This document shows positions 60,314-64,000 of a stretch of DNA of 64,000 nt, piece after piece. Origin of the DNA: Rhodothermales bacterium (lineage in GTDB: Bacteria > Bacteroidota > Rhodothermia > Rhodothermales > JANQRZ01); assembly GCA_965215165.1 (NCBI GenBank), contig CBDCCX010000006.1, positions 174,831 to 238,830 on the forward strand. Reading direction: 5' to 3'. The position numbers and the translations under genes are program-made. Numbering within the stretch: position 1 is the first letter of the stretch; each line of letters begins with the position of its first letter. The notes under the pieces were generated by a model. The model had not been told where the DNA came from. It searched no databases and worked only from the letters and a program-made list of their open reading frames with translations.

Positions 60314-61881
60314 CAGACGACGGGGGTTGGCTCGGCGGGCGTCCGGCGGCCGAACGTGAGGTAGGCCGCGAGCGCGACCGAGGCGACGAGCCACACGATG
60401 GGGATCACCGTCGGCAGCCAGTCCAGCCCGCTCAGGTCGTAGAGCGAGCCGTAGAGCCCGCCCTCCTGCGTCAGGTCCTCCCACAGCGTTCCGACGAGCA
60501 CATAGCCCAGCAGAGCCGGGATGACGAGCTTGATGAGCCAGTTGAACCACGGCCCGAGGTGGAACTTCGAGTAGCGGTTCGCCGCCTGCCTCAGCTTGTC
60601 TGCGCCGAGCACCCAGCCGATCAGGATGCACTGCATGAAGCCCGAGAAGATCAGCGCGTAGCGGAAGGCCCAGTGGTCGAGGATGTCGAGCAGCGTCAGC
60701 CCGAGCGTGCCGTTGCCGCTCAGGCCGGGGTCGATGACGGTCGGCAGCGCGAAGGCGAGCGAGCCGAGGATGCCCGGCACCAGCACCATCTTGAGCGCCG
60801 TCGCGCGCGCGACCCCGAGCTTGTCGATCAGCGGCGCGGCGAAGCCCTCGACGAGCGAGACCGCGCTCGTCAGCCCGGCGATCACGAGCAGGAAGAAGAA
60901 CAGCGCGCCGAACGCCTTCACCCCGAACGGGAACGCCGCGATGCCCTGGGGGATCACGAAGAACGAGAGCGAGAGCGTGCTCCCGGCCGGGTTGAGCGCG
61001 AAGACGAACAGCATCGCGAAGATGGCGACCCCGGCGATGTACTCGAACCCGCAGTTAAGGAAGCTCACCAGGAGGGAGTTGTTGATCTGGTCGGCGTCCT
61101 TCGGCAGGTAGCTCGCGTAGGCCGTCATCGTGCCGAGCCCGAGCGAGAGCGAGAAGAACATCTGCGCGAAGGCCCCCTGCCACACGTTGATGTCGCTGAT
61201 CCCCTCGAGGTTGGGGGTGAAGAGGTAGAGCACGCCGTCGGTCCCGCCGTCGAGCGTGAGGCCGCGCACGATCAGGACCAGCATGAACACCCACATCAGC
61301 GGCACGAACACCCGCACCGCCGCCTCGATCGTCGCCGTGCCGCGCCACAGGATCAGGATCGTCAGCGTCCAGATCACCCCGACCGAGAGCATCGGCCACC
61401 ACGTCGCGATCAGCCCGAAGAAGAAGACCGTCGCGTTCGGCCCGTCGGTCGGGGTCTCCATGCCGGTGAACGGCGCGGCGGCCGGGTCGGTCAGCAGCCC
61501 GCCGAGCGCACCGACCATCATCGAGAGCGCCCACCCGAGGATGGTGATGTAGTACATCGTGATGAAGAGCGCGCTCGCCGCCGTGAACCACCCGACGAAC
61601 TCGCCCTTGCGCCCGACCAGCCGGCCCAGCGCCATCGGGAACGACTGCCCGGTCATGGTCCCGAGTGAGAACTCCATGATCATCACCGGAATCCCGATCA
61701 CGAAGAGCGCCACGAAGTACGGCAGGTAGAACGCGCCCCCGCCGTACTGGTAGGCGTTGGAGGCGAAGAAGACGATGTTGCCCAGCCCGATGGCCGACCC
61801 GCTGGCGGCGAGGATGAACCCGAGCTTGGACTTCCACGCCTCCCGCTCGGCGGGGGCGACCTCCGGAGAACCGTTCGACAC
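60313..61881 (-). CDS. Sodium-dependent transporter (neurotransmitter:sodium symporter, SNF family)
   Basis: KLGFILAASGSAIGLGNIVFFASNAYQYGGGAFYLPYFVALFVIGIPVMIMEFSLG is the NSS TM1-TM2 signature. 522 aa. Confidence 0.85.
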   Translation of the reverse strand: MSNGSPEVAPAEREAWKSKLGFILAASGSAIGLGNIVFFASNAYQYGGGAFYLPYFVALFVIGIPVMIMEFSLGTMTGQSFPMALGRLVGRKGEFVGWFTAASALFITMYYITILGWALSMMVGALGGLLTDPAAAPFTGMETPTDGPNATVFFFGLIATWWPMLSVGVIWTLTILILWRGTATIEAAVRVFVPLMWVFMLVLIVRGLTLDGGTDGVLYLFTPNLEGISDINVWQGAFAQMFFSLSLGLGTMTAYASYLPKDADQINNSLLVSFLNCGFEYIAGVAIFAMLFVFALNPAGSTLSLSFFVIPQGIAAFPFGVKAFGALFFFLLVIAGLTSAVSLVEGFAAPLIDKLGVARATALKMVLVPGILGSLAFALPTVIDPGLSGNGTLGLTLLDILDHWAFRYALIFSGFMQCILIGWVLGADKLRQAANRYSKFHLGPWFNWLIKLVIPALLGYVLVGTLWEDLTQEGGLYGSLYDLSGLDWLPTVIPIVWLVASVALAAYLTFGRRTPAEPTPVV

Positions 61882-62002
61882 GTGGCCTGCTGCTTCGTGA
61901 AAGGATCGAGAACCGGCCGGAAGCTACGACAAGCAGGGGAAACAGAAGGGGAACTGCAGAGACCGTGCAACGCAGGATCGGAGGCTCCGTGCCAACGGTC
62001 GC

Positions 62003-62452
62003 TTACTCCGGCGGGCCTCCGAGCCGCTCGATGTCTGCCTTGTCCTGCGTGCGTCCCACGGCGCGTTTGTTCTGAATGAGGTGCTCCCGGCTGATCACTG
62101 GCACGACGAGCGATCCGAGGTGCACCTTCATGCGGTCCGCCCACGCAGCCTCGAACGCTACGCCATCAATCGATGTCAGAATATCAACTCGGCGCGGCGA
62201 GACGCCGAGTTGGAACACGACCTCGGGCTGCTCGAAGTCTTTCTGATTGACCTCCGAAAGCGGAGCGCCGAACGCGGCCAGCGCGCGCATCACGCGGCCG
62301 GCATTGTCCGGAGCAGGGTTCACCCACAGGTCGATATCGCCCGTAGCGCGCGGCTGTCCGTGGGCGGCCATCGCATAAGCCCCGACAAGCAAGTACTCAA
62401 CGCCCGCGTTTCCGAAAGCGGACAAGATGTCGCGGAAGTCGGGATTGAGCAT
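62003..62452 (-). CDS. Minimal nucleotidyltransferase-fold protein (TA/Abi-like)
   Basis: 149 aa. VEYLLVGAYAMAAHGQPRATGDIDLWV is an NTase-fold GxxA...DxD-type core. Overlaps the upstream ORF. Confidence 0.55.
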   Translation of the reverse strand: MLNPDFRDILSAFGNAGVEYLLVGAYAMAAHGQPRATGDIDLWVNPAPDNAGRVMRALAAFGAPLSEVNQKDFEQPEVVFQLGVSPRRVDILTSIDGVAFEAAWADRMKVHLGSLVVPVISREHLIQNKRAVGRTQDKADIERLGGPPE

Positions 62453-62900
62453 GGGAGACCTCTCTCTCGCTGCGTTCCGCCGCTTCTTTGAACGCCCACA
62501 CGGACTCGGTGAGCGGCCAGACCATTTCGATCAGCTCGGCGGGGGTTCGGTCGGTCAAGTCGTCGTTGGAGCGCTGATCCTTCAGGCGGCGGACCGTGAC
62601 GGTGCGCTCTGCTCCCACAGGATTGGTGCGGACGTAGGTGGCCCGCCAGATTTCGCCGCGCACCTCGGGAGAGAAACACCAAGTCCCTACGGTGTCCCAG
62701 AGGGCAACGGGACCGGCGAGGCTGTCTTCCAGTTCACGCGCCAACTCAGCAGAGTCCTTCTCAGTCCAGTCCTCTGGCCCATCGAATCCGTCAGCCCAAG
62801 CCTGGGGAGCGTCTCGCCATGACGAGGCCTCGACTTGCCGAACATAGGACCCGCCATTGAACTCGAAAATGAAGGTGAACAGCTCCATACGGGAGGACAC
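62397..62900 (-). CDS. Hypothetical protein; the C-terminal third resembles small partners of minimal nucleotidyltransferases
   Basis: 167-aa ORF overlapping 62003-62452 by 56 nt. The C-terminal ...DRTPAELIEMVWPLTESVWAFKEAAE is reminiscent of the TPxERL helix of such partners. Confidence 0.4.
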   Translation of the reverse strand: MSSRMELFTFIFEFNGGSYVRQVEASSWRDAPQAWADGFDGPEDWTEKDSAELARELEDSLAGPVALWDTVGTWCFSPEVRGEIWRATYVRTNPVGAERTVTVRRLKDQRSNDDLTDRTPAELIEMVWPLTESVWAFKEAAERSEREVSHAQSRLPRHLVRFRKRGR

Positions 62901-62915
62901 GTCCTCGAGGGTTCG

Positions 62916-63812
62916 CTAGGCCGTCGTCTCGGCTGGGACCGGCTCCGGCTCGTCGGGCGTGGTCTGCTTGTCCTCGAAGAGCATGTCGAGCATGTGAATC
63001 AGCGAGCGGCGCAGGAGCGGGCGCGGGACGATGTCGTCGAGGAAGCCCTGTTTCAGCAGGAACTCGGCGCTCTGGAAGCCCTTCGGGAGGTCGCGGCCGA
63101 TGGTCTCCCTAATCACGCGCGGCCCGGCAAACCCGATCAGCGCGCCCGGCTCGGCGATGTTGAAGTCGCCCAGCATGGCGAACGAGGCGGTCACGCCGCC
63201 GGTCGTCGGGTACGTCATCAGCGAGATGTACGGCAGCCCGGCCTCGTCGAGCACGGCGAGGTTGGCGCTCGTCTTCGCCATCTGCATCAGCGAGAGCGCG
63301 CCCTCCATCATGCGCGCCCCGCCGCTCTGCGAGACGATCATCAGCGCGCACTCGTGCTCGACGGCCCGCCGCACCGCCCGCGTCACGATCTCGCCGACCA
63401 CAGACCCCATCGAGCCGCCGATGAACGAGAAGTCCATCGCCGCCAGCGAGAGCGTGTGCCCGCCGACGGTCCCGAGCGCGGCGACGGCGGCGTCGTTGAG
63501 GGCGGTCTTCTTCTGCGCGGCCTTGAGGCGCACGTCGTAGGGCTTGCGGTCCTCGAACCCGAGCGGGTCGGTCGAGACGAGGTCGGCGTCGTAGCGGGTG
63601 AAGGCCCCGTCGTCGAAGAGCATCCGGCAGTAGCCCAGCCCGCTGAGCGGGAAGTGGTAGCCGGAGTCGGTGACCATGTGGCGGTCTTCGAGGACCCGGA
63701 GGCTGACCATCTGCCCGGTCTTGGGGTCCTTGCGCCAGTAGCCCTCGGGCGTCTCGTTCTGCTCGGTGCGGTTGGTCTTGATGCCGGCACTTTTTCGCTG
63801 AAACCAGGACAT
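62916..63812 (-). CDS. accD: Acetyl-CoA carboxylase carboxyltransferase subunit beta
   Basis: 298 aa. FSFIGGSMGSVVGE, ALMIVSQSGGARMMEG and GFAGPRVIRETIG are canonical AccD blocks. Confidence 0.9.
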   Translation of the reverse strand: MSWFQRKSAGIKTNRTEQNETPEGYWRKDPKTGQMVSLRVLEDRHMVTDSGYHFPLSGLGYCRMLFDDGAFTRYDADLVSTDPLGFEDRKPYDVRLKAAQKKTALNDAAVAALGTVGGHTLSLAAMDFSFIGGSMGSVVGEIVTRAVRRAVEHECALMIVSQSGGARMMEGALSLMQMAKTSANLAVLDEAGLPYISLMTYPTTGGVTASFAMLGDFNIAEPGALIGFAGPRVIRETIGRDLPKGFQSAEFLLKQGFLDDIVPRPLLRRSLIHMLDMLFEDKQTTPDEPEPVPAETTA

Positions 63813-63874
63813 GGCGGCGGGGGAATGAGGGAGGGGAGAGCGAGATCGAACGGCCGGCCGGAGGCCGGGTTCGC

Positions 63875-64000
63875 CTAGTTCGGTAGCCGGTCAAAGATAG
63901 GACGGCCGCGCTTGGCGACGAAGGCTTTCAGGTACTCCGGCTCGAAGCCAGCCACGTCCACCGTCTCTCCGGCGCGCCAGCGCGACCAGCCGAGCACCCC
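63875..64000 (-). CDS. 3' end of a gene continuing beyond the window; unknown function
   Basis: The minus frame is open from the window edge to TAG at 63875-63877 (...ETVDVAGFEPEYLKAFVAKRGRPIFDRLPN*). Confidence 0.35.
   Translation of the reverse strand, partial: GVLGWSRWRAGETVDVAGFEPEYLKAFVAKRGRPIFDRLPN

Overview
High-GC chromosomal segment, about 70% GC by eye. Three things suggest a Rhodothermales-like member of the Bacteroidota: five proteins end in T9SS (Por) C-terminal sorting domains, complex I genes run nuoJKLM-nhaD-pcd-nuoN, and accD is the zinc-finger-less Bacteroidota type. I support about 58 CDS. Most are housekeeping genes: ppx, nuoJ-N, rplU/rpmA, thiC with a TPP riboswitch, pgk, gap, nadA, infA, purF and accD. 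The rest include an NtrC-type regulator, a PAS/GAF histidine kinase, ABC transporters, MscS and an SNF transporter. No rRNA, tRNA, CRISPR array, transposase or integrase ORF was seen.

The most unusual region is 33.35-36.6 kb, directly downstream of thiC. Three progressively degraded copies of the thiC 3' end sit there in the same orientation as thiC. They divide the interval into four small cargo units: UPF0175-PIN, a Uma2 endonuclease, an alpha/beta hydrolase, and a decayed MNT-HEPN pair. This looks like repeated integration into the thiC 3' end, but no recombinase is present.

The intergenic space also holds several small repeat families:
- a 161-176 bp element with terminal inverted repeats (TIRs), flanked by TA on both sides, in three copies;
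- a 28-bp palindrome (REP-like) that fills the nuo intercistronic gaps and supplies stop codons;
- families of AT-richer inverted repeats built from short repeated words and their complements ('word hairpins'), which abut start codons.

A three-gene T9SS cargo operon contains two tandem paralogues with near-identical internal tracts. All calls come from reading the sequence and the ORF track by eye. No database search or alignment program was run, so identities and boundaries are approximate.
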